Source: Ginkgo biloba
Lineage: Eukaryota > Plantae > Ginkgophyta
DNA: 26,347 nt
Direction of reading: 5' to 3'
NCBI GenBank assembly: GCA_024626585.2
Contig: JANKJI020000004.1
Span: forward strand, 174,101,892-174,128,238
Made by a program: the position numbers and the translations under genes. The first letter of the stretch is position 1, and every line of letters begins with the position of its first letter. Shown piece after piece: positions 1 to 11,839 of the stretch. The notes below the pieces were generated by a model that was not told where the DNA came from, did no database searches, and saw only the letters and a program-made list of their open reading frames with translations.

Positions 1-2325
1 TCTACTTTGTTCATAATGTTTTTGTTCTAGTAGCTAATATTTCCTCAACTTGTAATATCATTTCCCCTTTATCATCATGTATTAGTAGTTCTATTTATGT
101 TGGACAATTAGTTCCTAATTTATTTTTAATACAATAAATATTAAAATATAATTGATTCAACCTTTGTTTGTAAAATCTAATGGATATGCTTCTCATCCAA
201 TCCTTTATATAACCTAAAATGGACTATAAAAATTTGGGACTAGTTTTTCCTTTTATTTCCTTTTAATGATAATTGTTTGTAAGGTTTAGGTTGCATGTAT
301 ACCTAACTGCCACATGAAAATTCTCCTTCTAAACAATATTGGTTAGATTGTTATTTAATTCAATTTTGTACATTTTTTAAATTATCCTTCAATAACTTTT
401 TTTTTTTTGTGATTGTTCATTATAGTATTTGATAGTTGGGACTCCTATTTTTTATGCAATATAATCTTTAATTTTTGAAAAATTATCATGATAAGGAGTA
501 GTGAATGGAGTTATTTTGGTTGACATATTATAATTTTTATTATATTACCATTTAGATAAATGTAGAAATTTATGCCATCGACCATGTTTATCTATAANNN
601 NNNNNNNNNNNNNNGAAACTTCATAAATAACCTTATAAAAATTTATTCACCAAATTTCTATTTGATCATCAATTTGGGGTTAATATGTAGTATTCGTTGT
701 GATATTAATTTAAACTTATTGAAATAATTTCTTCTAAAATATACTCCTAAATTTAGGGTTTTTATAACTAATCATTACTTTAGGAAATCCATGTAATTTA
801 TACACATAATTTAAGAATACTTCTTCCACTTAGTCTTCCTTAAAGATTGTCTACATCATAATAAAGTGGGTATATTTTGTACGTCTATATACTATTATAA
901 AAATTCTATCTTTCCCTTTAGACTTGGGTAATCCTACTTTGAATTCCAATAATATTTTCTCCCATTTTTGGTTTGGAATGTGAAGTGGTTATAGCAAGAT
1001 CATTGATGTTATTTTTTNNNNNNNNNNNNNNNNNNNNNNNNNNNNNNNNNNNNNNNNNNNNNNNNNNNNNNNNNNNNNNNNNNNNNNNNNNNNNNNNTAA
1101 AATGACTATCATAGGTTTATGTATGTATTTAATAACCCTATGTGTCCTAGAATTGTAATAGCATTCCCTTATTACATAATTATAATTTTTAGCTTGGAAT
1201 TAGTACTAAATAGATTTTTCCTTTATATAAAAGAATGTCATTTAACGATGATTATTGGTTGTTATAATTTAAGAGATCATATTTAACATTATTTATTAAC
1301 TTCTTTGTATGGTCATACATATCATAACTTGTTTATAGTTATATTATCCATTATAGATTTAAATTAGTGATAGAATATAGAGTGACTTCCTCATTTCGAT
1401 ATGATAAGTCATCTACATAAATGTTTTCATTTATCTTCTTCTAATGTATTTTGAAGTCACAAGAGTATATTTTACTACCTCATTTCTATTTTTCAGATGA
1501 AATTATTAGTTTGTGGAGAAAATAATTAAGGCTATAATGGTCAATTTTAACTTAGAACTTGTTCCTAAGGAGGTATTATCATGATTTGAATGGTACGTGC
1601 ATAATTTTAATTCTATATTTGTCATATGTACATTTATGTTTCTTATTATAACTATTTTTTTATACTTCAAAGATAATGGGTCATCCATATTTCATAATAA
1701 ATTCTCTAATTGTTACCATAATGCATCACATTATGAGATAAAGGGTTTCTAGAATTAGGATTATTTAATACTAGTATTGTAATTATGATCTATTTTAATT
1801 ATTGAAAAATAANNNNNNNNNNNNNNNNNNNNNNNNNNNNNNNNNNNNNNNNNNNNNNNNNNNNNNNNNNNNNNNNNNNNNNNNNNNNNNNNNNNNNNNN
1901 NNNNNNNNNNNNATAGAATTTTTCTAGGAGTAATAGCTCCAATTTAAATTAATTAATGTACCAACCATTATATTTCATTCTTAGTATGGTGTGGGAATAA
2001 ATATTATCAAACATTTAGGTGTGTTTATCCTACCTATACTTTAATTATGTACTCTATACTTCGTATAGGGGATAGTCCTATTAGTAGTTATTGGAAGACA
2101 ATAGTGTTTGTCTCTTATTTTTTCCATGTATTTTATTGGTTGTATTTATTCTAACTATGCATCAAAAGAAAAAATTGTGCAAGTATTTCTACACATCCAT
2201 TTTTAATCATATTTTTAGTTCTATGTACTTTAAACCAATTAAGTTTGTATAATTTTCCCTTTGAATTAAATTTTTAAAAATGTTTCTTTAAGTGAATTGA
2301 AATTATTCCTAGTGTTTCTAAACAT
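1..2325 (-). mobile_element. Decayed Ty3/gypsy (chromovirus-type) pol: protease-RT linker, RT N-terminus, RNase H, integrase, start of chromodomain-like tail
   Basis: Minus-strand translation through stops/frameshifts: LETLGII..KF..GKLYKL (~2180-2325); VFQ*LLIGLSPIRSIEYII..PHHTKNEI*WLV (RT start, 1913-2100); FIS*CDA..TYDK..YLLRNKF*VKIDHYSLNYF..DFKIH*KK.NENIYVDDLS (RNase H, ~1400-1810); LLYKGK..GHIG (zinc-binding region, ~1100-1240); L*PLHIPNQKWE..GLPKSKGKD..KYTHF..KLHGFPKVMIS..PQIDDQIE (integrase core, ~620-1010); KPYKQLSLK..KLVPNFYSPF*VI*RIG*EAY (GPY/F) and MILQVEEILATRTKTL (1-330). RT-RH-IN order is gypsy. The RT core is absent and probably lies in the 100-N gap at 1813-1912. Confidence 0.93.
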
Positions 2326-2334
2326 TATAATCTT

Positions 2335-2609
2335 TATTAATGGAATTAAAAACATTGAAAGAATAGAGATTACAATACATATATGTCATTGGGGAACTAT
2401 TTGTTGTAAGGTTTTTTTGGTGATTTCTTCATTAATTTTGGTGAAATTCTATTGGTGTTAGTGGATTATGCCAGGATTCCTTTGTTAGTGTCATTAGTTG
2501 AAATTTGACTTCTCTATCAAAGTTGGTGGAGAGAACTCCATTAATGGAATTGGTGTAAGTTGAGATAATATAATAGTGTATTCCTCTCATCTAATACTCC
2601 CCTATTCCT
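2335..2609 (-). mobile_element. Polypurine tract plus probable 3' LTR remnant of the element carrying accessory ORF copy A
   Basis: On the minus strand, ~40 bp after the ORF stop, AGGAATAGGGGAG (2597-2609) is followed directly by TATTAG (a TGTTAG-like LTR start with G>A). Non-coding sequence with TATA-like and AATAAA motifs follows and abuts the chromovirus pol at ~2330. Confidence 0.5.
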
Positions 2610-2651
2610 AAATATTTATCTCATCTTGAGAAAATATCACAAAGAATCCTT

Positions 2652-5600
2652 TTACAAATGATCATAGATTCATGGCTTCTTGACTGCATTGGGCAATGTG
2701 ATGGATACTTCTATATAAAGATGAGACCATTCTTTGGTGACTTATCATATAAATTTTAGACGAGTCTCTATTATAGTTGACACTGTCAACCATTATAGGG
2801 TTGGTTTGTCAATCTCCTCCTTTATTTTCTTGAGGTTATCTTCATATAATTGTGTTTGTGTGATCACCCTTTATTCAATTGACTCAAATTGATCTTTATA
2901 ATAGGAAATCACTTCAATGCACTTACGTGTCTATCTTTTGGTCTAGATATAGTTCTATTGATCTTGTTGGTATTGAGATGCCAATGTTGTCAAGTCATTA
3001 GCCTCATCCATCTTGGTACTAAGGCTGTTGATGATCATTTTTATTTCCTTCATCTTTTGAAAGGCTCCTTGAATCAACTGTGCAAGTTTGGAAAAGTACT
3101 AAGTAGAAAAAGATACTTCTTCCATCATGGAGGTAAGAACTTCTTAATAAGAAGAATATGTACCATATGGCTCTTGGTCTCTCTCTCTCTTTCCTTATAA
3201 GCATATCTCCTCTCTTCTAGTTTTACCCCCTCATAGAGGTACTTATACTCTTTTAGTGAAGCTAATTCAACTTNNNNNNNNNNNNNNNNNNNNNNTCATT
3301 TTAATGATAGTATTGAGGATGTTAATAGTCTTTTTGGTATCCATTTTGTCAAAAAAATCAATATCTTTGGCCACCTTAGTCTTTGTAAATTGGAAGAGGT
3401 CTTCAAACTCCTACACACTTTCTTGTTCTTTCTTCTCATACATTACTACCTTCTCTAAATATGTAATGTTATCTTCATGTATGATTTGTTTTATATGGAT
3501 GAAGGTTTCTATTAGAAGTTTGGAGGTAATGATGGTCACTCCACTTAGATATTTCTCCAATATGTATATTGTCATAATTACTATAGGCTTATTAATTTAT
3601 TAAAAATTTAATATTTTTCACCCTGTAACTTTGCATTTACCTGACTTCCCTAACTCCTTGTTAGATGAAATTATTCTTCCCACATTGGTTTACTTACTAA
3701 TTTTGGAACTCTTATTAGTGGTATTTTGTTTTCCTTCTTGGGTTATATTTTCTTCTTAGACTCTCTCTTGCTCCTTTGTTGAGATAGTGTTCTTATCTTT
3801 CTGTCAGTCTCTCTCATATGCTTGAGATAATTATTGGGGTCTTCTAAAGTGGGTCTATGGATATATTTTATTCTTAATATGTCAATATCTCCAAGGGTTA
3901 TGTTGATCCTTATTGTTACTTCTAAGTGGATTTTGTTTTGGCTATGTCCTTTGGTGATTTTATGATCTATTGTTATTTTGACACTATTTTCTCTATCTAC
4001 ACTTTCTCCTATTATTTATCAATTTAATTTTTCTTCCCACTAATATCTATGTGTTCTTCCTTTATTTTAATTATTTATTTTCCCTCTTTATTCTACTCGT
4101 ATTCTCCTTATATCTATTGTCTCTCCTAGTCCTTATCCATCTCAATTACTACTGGAGTGGGTTTTTTCTTTACTTTAGCTTCTCTCTATTTTTTCTACCT
4201 TTGGCCTTTTAATTTTTAATCTTCCTCTTCATATCTTCTTCCTTATCTTTCTCCTAGTCAACGCTGGATGGAAGAGTCTACTATTATTTCTTCCTTTTTA
4301 TTGTTGCTTTCTCAAATGAATATTTTGCATGCATTGAAATTCATTTTGGCATGAGATCACTTGGTACTTCAACCAAGTTATGGCCTATTAGTTAGTGGTA
4401 CTCTTCCTTCAACAGGTCCCATGTAGTAATGTATGGAAACAACCTAAAATTCTTCTTGAATCTTGGACACTTGATTTTAGTACCATCAACCTCCAACAAT
4501 AGTTGAATAAGTATATTATCATCCCAATAGTACTATGAATTGAACCCATAAGGTACCCTCATTATGATGAATTCCCTTGCATACAATCTATCCCCTTAGT
4601 TGATCATCATTGTAGCATACTATTATTTGAATGCTTGAGGTTTCCATTAGTCATACTTCCCAAATGAACTTCCTTCTAGTATTTTTCCCATTAAACTAGG
4701 TGGTGGGTATTTTAACATTACTAAAGAAATTAAGAAGTGGTCATTTTAAAGGTCATTCTTTTCTATAATGTATTCTTGATGGCATCATGAAGTTACTCCT
4801 CAATATACTTAGCCCAAGGGAATTAGATACCCTAGTCAACTATGATTTTTATCATAAAAAACCAACCCTTAGGTGTGTCTATGGTTCTCCTAGAGTTGAA
4901 AAACCATGTGTTGAATATTTTTTTAGTCCATCTCCTTTCCAAATTGGTGATTCTATTGATGATAATTTCCCTAGAGATGATTATGAGTATGTTTTCATCA
5001 TTAAAGTCTTCTTTGATATGATCATCCACTATCTTATATGTGCCTTCCATTACACTCTTAATATCCCTCTCTGACTATGATGGTATTATGATCAATAGTT
5101 CTATTTGGTCCATACCCAATAAAATAGAGTCATCAATCCACACTTACTCGTTGTGTATTTTTTCAGTAGGAACCTTATGAATTTTGATTACTCCCTATAG
5201 CAAGAGTTTTCTGCTACTTTCAATACCCTCATAATTTCTAAATTTTGTTCTTATAAGGTAATTTGGCCTGTTGCATTCATCGATTCCACCCTATCATTTG
5301 GCCATATTCCTATGAGAAAAAAAATGTTATTGTTTCTCTATCCCAGTCTTAAGACTCAAACTTAGTTTTGATGAGAACTTCACTTTTGGTATCACCCACT
5401 TCAAATTACTTTCTACGTGTTATCGGTGGATACATCTCTATCAATTTATCAAATTTATCTTTGTTTCTTATGGTCTTTGAATTGGAGTTTGATCTACCCC
5501 TATTCTCATGGTCTTAAGTATCACCTCTGTCAACTACTTGTCTTGTTTCTCACCTATATCTCTAAACTATAAGTTCTCTCTTTGTATGGCCTCTTCAAAT

Positions 5601-5737
5601 ATTCTATCAACCTTTTCATTGATATAAATTAAGTCCAAGTTAAATTATTCTTTTGGGAGGTTCAAGGTAAGTGAGGTGCACATTTGCAAATTAATTCTAT
5701 CTTCCATTTTATGATTCATTTCCTACTCTTATTCTTT
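2652..5737 (-). pseudogene. Decayed retrotransposon accessory ORF, copy A (Athila-like env-position ORF: central conserved domain, E/K-rich linker, C-terminal coiled-coil-like region)
   Basis: Collinear homology with 15070-17497(+): FEVGDTKSEVLIKTKFES*DWDR vs FEVGDSHRETLI*TKFESQ*WDR; HNE*VWIDDSILLGMDQI vs HNKQVWIDESILIGMDQI; PKGWFFMIKIIVD*GI*FPWAKY vs PKGWSRMIKIVVDQGVPFPWAKY; LISLVMLKYPPP vs LITLVMLKYPPP; SGVTIITSKLLIETF vs SGVMIVTSKLSIETF. Many premature stops and no introns. Confidence 0.8.
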
Positions 5738-5840
5738 NNNNNNNNNNNNNNNNNNNNNNNNNNNNNNNNNNNNNNNNNNNNNNNNNNNNNNNNNNNNNNN
5801 NNNNNNNNNNNNNNNNNNNNNNNNNNNNNNNNNNNNNCCA

Positions 5841-6011
5841 CATGAATGTACTTCCTCCATTGATGTAGGTGAACTAAAATATCCCTCAACCAATTATTGT
5901 GAAGGAACTTCCTCCTTTGACATAGGTAAACTAATACATCACTCATCCAGTTAACATGAAGGCACTACCTCCTTTGATGTAGGTGAAATAAGACATCCCT
6001 CAACCATTAGT
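5841..6011. repeat. Tandem repeat, three diverged copies of a 57-bp unit
   Basis: Units start at 5841, 5898 and 5955, consensus CATGAAGGaACTTCCTCCTTTGATGTAGGTGAAcTAAnAcATCCCTCAACCAnTnnn. The array is cut by an N gap on the left. Confidence 0.9.
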
Positions 6012-6730
6012 TAAATAATCCCAATGGTGTCAATTTAAGAATCCCCATGGAATCAATGAAGATCTTAGGTGGTGTCGGTGACAAATTCCCAACATCATCT
6101 ATACAATTTGAAGGCCATTGTAAATGATTCTCACTTNNNNNNNNNNNNNNNNNNNNNNNNNNNNNNNNNATTAACAATAATGGTTATATTTAACCACAAT
6201 TTTAAGATAAGAATTAGGGAAGGTGGAAAAATGGTATCATTTGCTTTTTCATATTCTAATATTCTTCATATGTCATCCCAACAACATTTAGAACATGCCA
6301 CTACTTCATCTAAAATGGTGGTATAACATCAATAAATGACATCAAATTTAGGAAACAATCGAAGGTTTGCTCCAAAGTAGAAATTAGTAATGGTAACCTC
6401 AAAGCCTCAACCATTCTTGGTAATGCAAGAGAAATGTAGCTTAGAGTTATTTCAATATCAACTTACAATCCACCTCCAATCACAATCTTATAAGAATACT
6501 CTCCACCATTTATGGGTAAAAATTGCTCCCATAAAAATGAGCCACTAAAGAAGTCTTAATCCATCCATATAAAACCATCCAAATTGTTGCAAAGGGAGAG
6601 AGATCCAAACTAAAACCTTATGGTGGATCATCATACTATAAATTCATGCATCATAAATTTCTTTTACCAAAACTAATATTTATTCCACACCAAGGACACA
6701 AAGACAATTGAATTTTTATTCAAGGAATTC

Positions 6731-7104
6731 TAAGCCATACATAATGAGTTATGAACTCCTTGGGATATTATCTCTTATTGAAAAAATTTGAATGTTTTTG
6801 TTTAACATAATATTTCTTAAGAGCATGATATGTTTTAAGAACTACCTCATTGTTTCCTTCTATAAAAGTGTACAAGTGAAAAGATAATTTTTGCCATCAT
6901 CTCTTCCATCATATGTGTTTAATGATGTGATTGTTATCTTACTACCACCATCTACCTTACTAAACATGTACTTTCTATCACCCTACATACACTATGCCAA
7001 ATTTAATTTGATCCACTATATAATTAGCCACATATTATGAGATGTGAACTTCTCCTTAGGATATCATCTCTTATAATAATATTTGGATGTTTTTACTTAA
7101 CATA
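6731..7104. repeat. Pair of diverged ~80-bp direct repeats (6731-6809 and 7024-7104)
   Basis: TAAGCCATACATAATGAGTTATGAACTCCTTGGGATATTATCTCTTATTG..TTTGAATGTTTTTGTTTAACATA vs TTAGCCACATATTATGAGATGTGAACTTCTCCTTAGGATATCATCTCTTATAA..TTTGGATGTTTTTACTTAACATA. Confidence 0.8.
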
Positions 7105-7478
7105 GAATTTATGATGTGTGTAATGTTTGTAAAAACNNNNNNNNNNNNNNNNNNNNNNNNNNNNNNNNNNNNNNNNNNNNNNNNNNNNNNNNNNNNNNNN
7201 NNNNNNNNNNNNNNNNNNNNNNNNNNNNNNNNNNNNNNNNNNNNNNNNNNNNNNNNNNNNNNNNNNNNNNNNNNNNNNNNNNNNNNNNNNNNNNNNNNNN
7301 NNNNNNNNNNNNNNNNNNNNNNNNNNNNNNNNNNNNNNNNNNNNNNNNNNNNNNNNNNNNNNNNNNNNNNNNNNNNNNNNNNNNNNNNNNNNNNNNNNNN
7401 NNNNNNNNNNNNNNNNNNNNNNNNNNNNNNNNNNNNNNNNNNNNNNNNNNNNNNNNNNNNNNNNNNNNNNNNNNNNNN

Positions 7479-7880
7479 TTTATACCACCCATGTATGAAT
7501 CTATACAATTTTATTTTGAGATATTACATACATGGGTCACAAATTATTCCCATTTGTTAGTTTATTCATCTACTATTCCCTTATATTCTAATTGTGTTAG
7601 TTTGTTAAATAAATAATTTTTCTATGTGTTTTTATACTTTTCAAAAAATACAACAATGAATGTCTCCCATGTTATGATAATCAATATTGATTCATTAAAC
7701 CATAACAGGAACCAATCATAAGTTGCTCCTTTTAGGTATAATACAATGATATTAAAAAATTCATAATTTGTTCTAGGAGGTTTAATTTTAAAATACTATT
7801 ATAATTTACTTACCCAAGTCCTTGGATCCTTCCTATTCTTACCATTAAATTTTTGTAATTCCATCTTCATATTTAGTCTA
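7479..7880 (-). mobile_element. Decayed Ty3/gypsy Gag capsid domain (retrotransposon gag); may extend upstream to ~8200
   Basis: Single frame with stops: KMELQKFNGKNRKDPRTWVSKL**YF..LYLKGATYDWFLLW..TWETFIVVFFEKY..LFNKLTQLEYKGIVDE*TNKWE*F..DSYMGGI. This matches the plant gypsy Gag pattern, including the Q-x-G-x-V-x-E-Y major homology region and GGL. Confidence 0.88.
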
Positions 7881-8768
7881 CTTATAGTTACTAAACCATG
7901 AGGTTGTGATATATTGTTATGGTGGTTATGGATATTTTATAAATCCTTAGTAATATTCCAATTGGGTTTGTGGTTTCTTTCTTATGTCTTTGAGTTCATC
8001 CATCCTAGAATTAATATTTAAAACCTCTTATGTTACTTTATCTAGTTATATTTAGGTTTGTTTCATGTTTTGTTCAATTCTGAAATTGTTCTAAATTTCA
8101 CTTGACAAAACATCAAATTAAGTTGTGGAACCATTGTCAAAGTTCAAATATAATCTAATATTAAGGGTAATTTATGAACTTTCCTTAATAATTTATACTA
8201 GTGATTTTTTACTAAACTCATAATATTTTGTGTATATTCTTCGTTTATTTTTTTAAAAACCTTAATAAAATATATTTATAGTATATTGTCAATCTAATTT
8301 GATGTGCTCTCTGATCCAACATTAATGTATTCTCTAACAAGAATAAATATATAACTATGATAGTTCTTATAACATCATGGTATTTCATGGTTGTCCTAAC
8401 TACTCCCTAGATGAATGAAGTCATGATTGGGTTGCATATTTTTTAAATGATTTTGTCTATATTTCATAAGATGAAGTCAAACATTGCCTCCTCTACTTTT
8501 AGTTTATAATTATAGAGTTATATATATGGTATATAGGGGATTCATTTCCAATTATAACTTGAATGGTAAACACAAAAGAGAATATATATAAATATAGGAT
8601 AGATAAAAATGGAATGGAGGATATAGGGTAGAATGGTGGATTTTAATGGTTATTTTATTTATTTCTAATTAAATGTTTTTAAATATATTTTCTAATGGGG
8701 GACCAAGATTAATAAAAATATTAGATGAATGACATGATACATTGAGGAAAATTAGGTAGGATAATTAT

Positions 8769-8779
8769 CTCTAATACCA
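8769..8779 (-). promoter_or_regulatory. tRNA-iMet primer-binding site (degenerate) upstream of the gag remnant
   Basis: Minus strand reads ..CTCA AA TGGTATTAGAG, one C>T from TGGTATCAGAG, two bases after a CA end and correctly oriented relative to gag. Confidence 0.6.
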
Positions 8780-8781
8780 TT

Positions 8782-8988
8782 TGAGATAATATTTTTGATG
8801 AGTGGATACATTTAGTGGGTTAGTCTCTTAAGAATGAATAGAGTTCATAAAGAAAATAAAATTATTTATTGCATTTCACATTAATGTTATATAGATGATA
8901 TATTTGACTATCTATATATTTACTATGACCCTATTCAAAGTTATGAATGTTGATTATTATATATTAATTTCTAACTAAGTACATAACA
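8782..8988 (-). mobile_element. Possible short LTR remnant (TG...CA)
   Basis: Minus strand starts TGTTATGT after a short purine run (AAGGGAA), contains TATATAA and AATAAA, and ends CA directly before the PBS. Confidence 0.4.
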
Positions 8989-10700
8989 TTCCCTTACCAT
9001 GAGTTCCTATTACTTCATCCTTGACCTAAGTATTTATGTTTCTTCCTATTTAGTCCACCATAAATCCTCCTATAATAAGATCATTAGATAAACAAGATTC
9101 ACTCTTGAAGGCCATATAATATGTCTCTTTAAAAATTAAAATATTTGAAATATTAAATCCATAAAGTCATACTTCACTTATAAATGGTTTTTACTCTTTA
9201 CTTACAATCAAGATAATAGTGGCTCCAAATGCTCAATTTTCACTTTCAGATATAGTTTCTTTAATATCCACATTATTTTATCATTTTCAAGGTTAATGTC
9301 TTACAAAAAAACCACTTAGTAGTGATTTATCACAATAAATAATCCTATGGATCATGCGTACCATCCTATCCAACTAAGAAATAATCCATTATATACATAA
9401 TCCATTATAATACAATTATCAAATTGGAACATTGCATCACTAACTAATCTTACACAAAATCCATAGCTTGTTATTAATGTTATGACTACATTTGTGGCCA
9501 CTCATTTTATTAGTATACCTACATAGTCAATTAAAGAAAATCATCCTCCACTTGTAGGTCACCCTATACTATAAACCAATCTCCCATTGGGATGAAATCA
9601 ACCATATCTTATGATTCCTCATATGGTTGGGGTAACACTCCACTTATAGACAATCTACATCCATTTTCTCAAAATATAATTATTCCCATATAAATAATCC
9701 TATGATTAATATGAAGGGAGTTACTTATCCATTTATAATTTAACTACTTATAATTCCTTCTAGAGGTTAGACACAAATAACAACTACTCATTCTAGTTTC
9801 TCTTAATTTGGAAACCCTCCACCACATTAAGGAAGTCAAGAAGTCATTACTTATATACATCAAAGAGGGTAAAAAGATATACAANNNNNNNNNNNNNNNN
9901 NNNNNNNNNNNNNNNNNNNNNNNNNNNNNNNNNNNNNNNNNNNNNNNNNNNNNNNNNNNNNNNNNNNNNNNNNNNNNNNNNNNNTAATTACAACCATACA
10001 TCATTCCATGTAAGAACAAAAGTATATTATGCATCATTCTTTGTAAAACCAACCATTCCACTAGTCCCCTATGAATCATGTTCACAAACACATAAAATTT
10101 GACCCATAATAAATCATCCACAAAATTATAATAGAATAGAATAAATAAATAATTATCACATACCTTTATAAGGAATAAATTGGTAGATATTCAAAAATTT
10201 TGGATACAATATTAGCATAATAATCCCTCTAATATCACTTTGGATTGAGATATCCTTCCTCCATCATTCTCCATAACTTCAAAATACCTCAAAAGAGGTT
10301 TATCTTTAACTCCAAGAGTAGTACGAGGTTTCTATAGTAGAAATTACCCTCCAAAGGTCATAATAAATTAGGAGTAGTAGTTCACAAGAAAGGAGAAGTA
10401 CATTAGTAGAAATATGTTCCTTCCAAGAGAAGTAACTAAGTACCATGCAATAGAGAGAAGAAGATGACACCTAGAAAGAAAATATGAATGATGATTTTTG
10501 TATAGTTTTCAAAGAGGAATGTTTTGTATGACATAGACTAATCATGTAGGCTCATTCCTATTTAATCCTTTCAAAAAATTATTAAACTGGCCCTTAAAGG
10601 ATGGTGCTAGGTTTTAATATAGTCTATTTTAGCCATTTGACTTATTTTTGACCTTTTTTAGGGTACTACCATCATTATTAGATGACAAATTTAGTACTAA
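8989..10700 (-). mobile_element. Probable non-autonomous or internally deleted LTR element: LTR-like region, PBS-like site at 10227-10237, weak gag remnant
   Basis: TGATATTAGAG (two transitions from the iMet PBS) is followed by weak Gag-like YF.L...VDDLLWVKF...LTWND (9985-10200). No pol is recognisable downstream. Confidence 0.35.
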
Positions 10701-11839
10701 CATGATTAAATCCAAGTAAATATCATTGATAGAATTATTTAATATATTTAAAGTATTTTCATCTTCCAAATGATTCCTTACAACGTTTTCTCCTTTATTT
10801 AAGGATTTTTCACCTTCAAACTCATGCTTTGACTAAGCTTTGACCATGTTTATCTCGGTTGTGACACCACTAGTGATTAGAAGATCATGAAAAGGGGTGA
10901 ATCTATATCTTATTAAAAAAAGGAATGTTTATAAATANNNNNNNNNNNNNNNNATATCCCAATCACATAATTTCCTCAATGATCCGTAGAGTGTCAATGA
11001 AATCTTAAGGAACTATGAAGAAAGAGAACAAGAATGAAAGTAGGAAATTGTCACTATTTCTTTTCTTATCAAAAATTAAAATGTCTATATATTAAACTAA
11101 GTATAATATACTAAACATAAAAAATTTCAATCATTCATTTCCTACTTAAGGGTGCAGTAAAAAAATATTATCANNNNNNNNNNNNNNNNNNTAAATACCA
11201 ATAAATTTTCCATCTCTTCATTTTAGGATTAAAGTATTCATACATCATTTATTAAGGTAACTCTCCATAAATAGTTGGATACAATTAACTAAAATATTTA
11301 GATCATAATTTTATAATTATAAGATTGTTATCCCAATTTCTAAATAGGATACAAGTGACTTGTAATTACTAGTGGATTATTAACTAGCAACTAGACATAG
11401 ACTTGGTCACTGATAACTTACAAAAAAATATANNNNNNNNNNNNNNNNNNNNNNNNNNNNNNNNNNNNNNNAGTAATTTTTGATATAATTAATAAAAAAT
11501 ATAATTCATGACTTGATAAGATACTAATCCACTAAATCAAATCTAAATATGTGTCCATTTATTATCATACTCTAGTGCTATATCTGCTAGATTGTTAGAC
11601 AAAATTTGAAAACTAATGATAGCAAAAGAATAAATTATGAGGGGAATATTTTTTACCCATGATATATACAATAATAGGGGGAATCCCCTATATATTATCT
11701 CCCTTAATTTATTCTCCNNNNNNNNNNNNNNNNNNNNNNNNNCTTTAATAAAATTTGCAAGGGGATTATTTTTCTCTCCCACTATTATACCACCCTTAGG
11801 GGGCATTAATGCTCCCTCTCCTACTACGTCACCTCCTAT

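Noticed and set aside
2776-2790. Palindrome GTTGACA-C-TGTCAAC
   Set aside because: Single short palindrome inside a decayed ORF, compatible with chance.
5841-6011. CRISPR-like array
   Set aside because: Units are similar along their whole length with no unique spacers, there are no cas genes, and the context is eukaryotic TE sequence.
7071-7616. Long track ORFs here and at other gaps (e.g. 918-1158, 12908-13402, 17385-17649, 22383-22600)
   Set aside because: They are open only because they run through N gaps.
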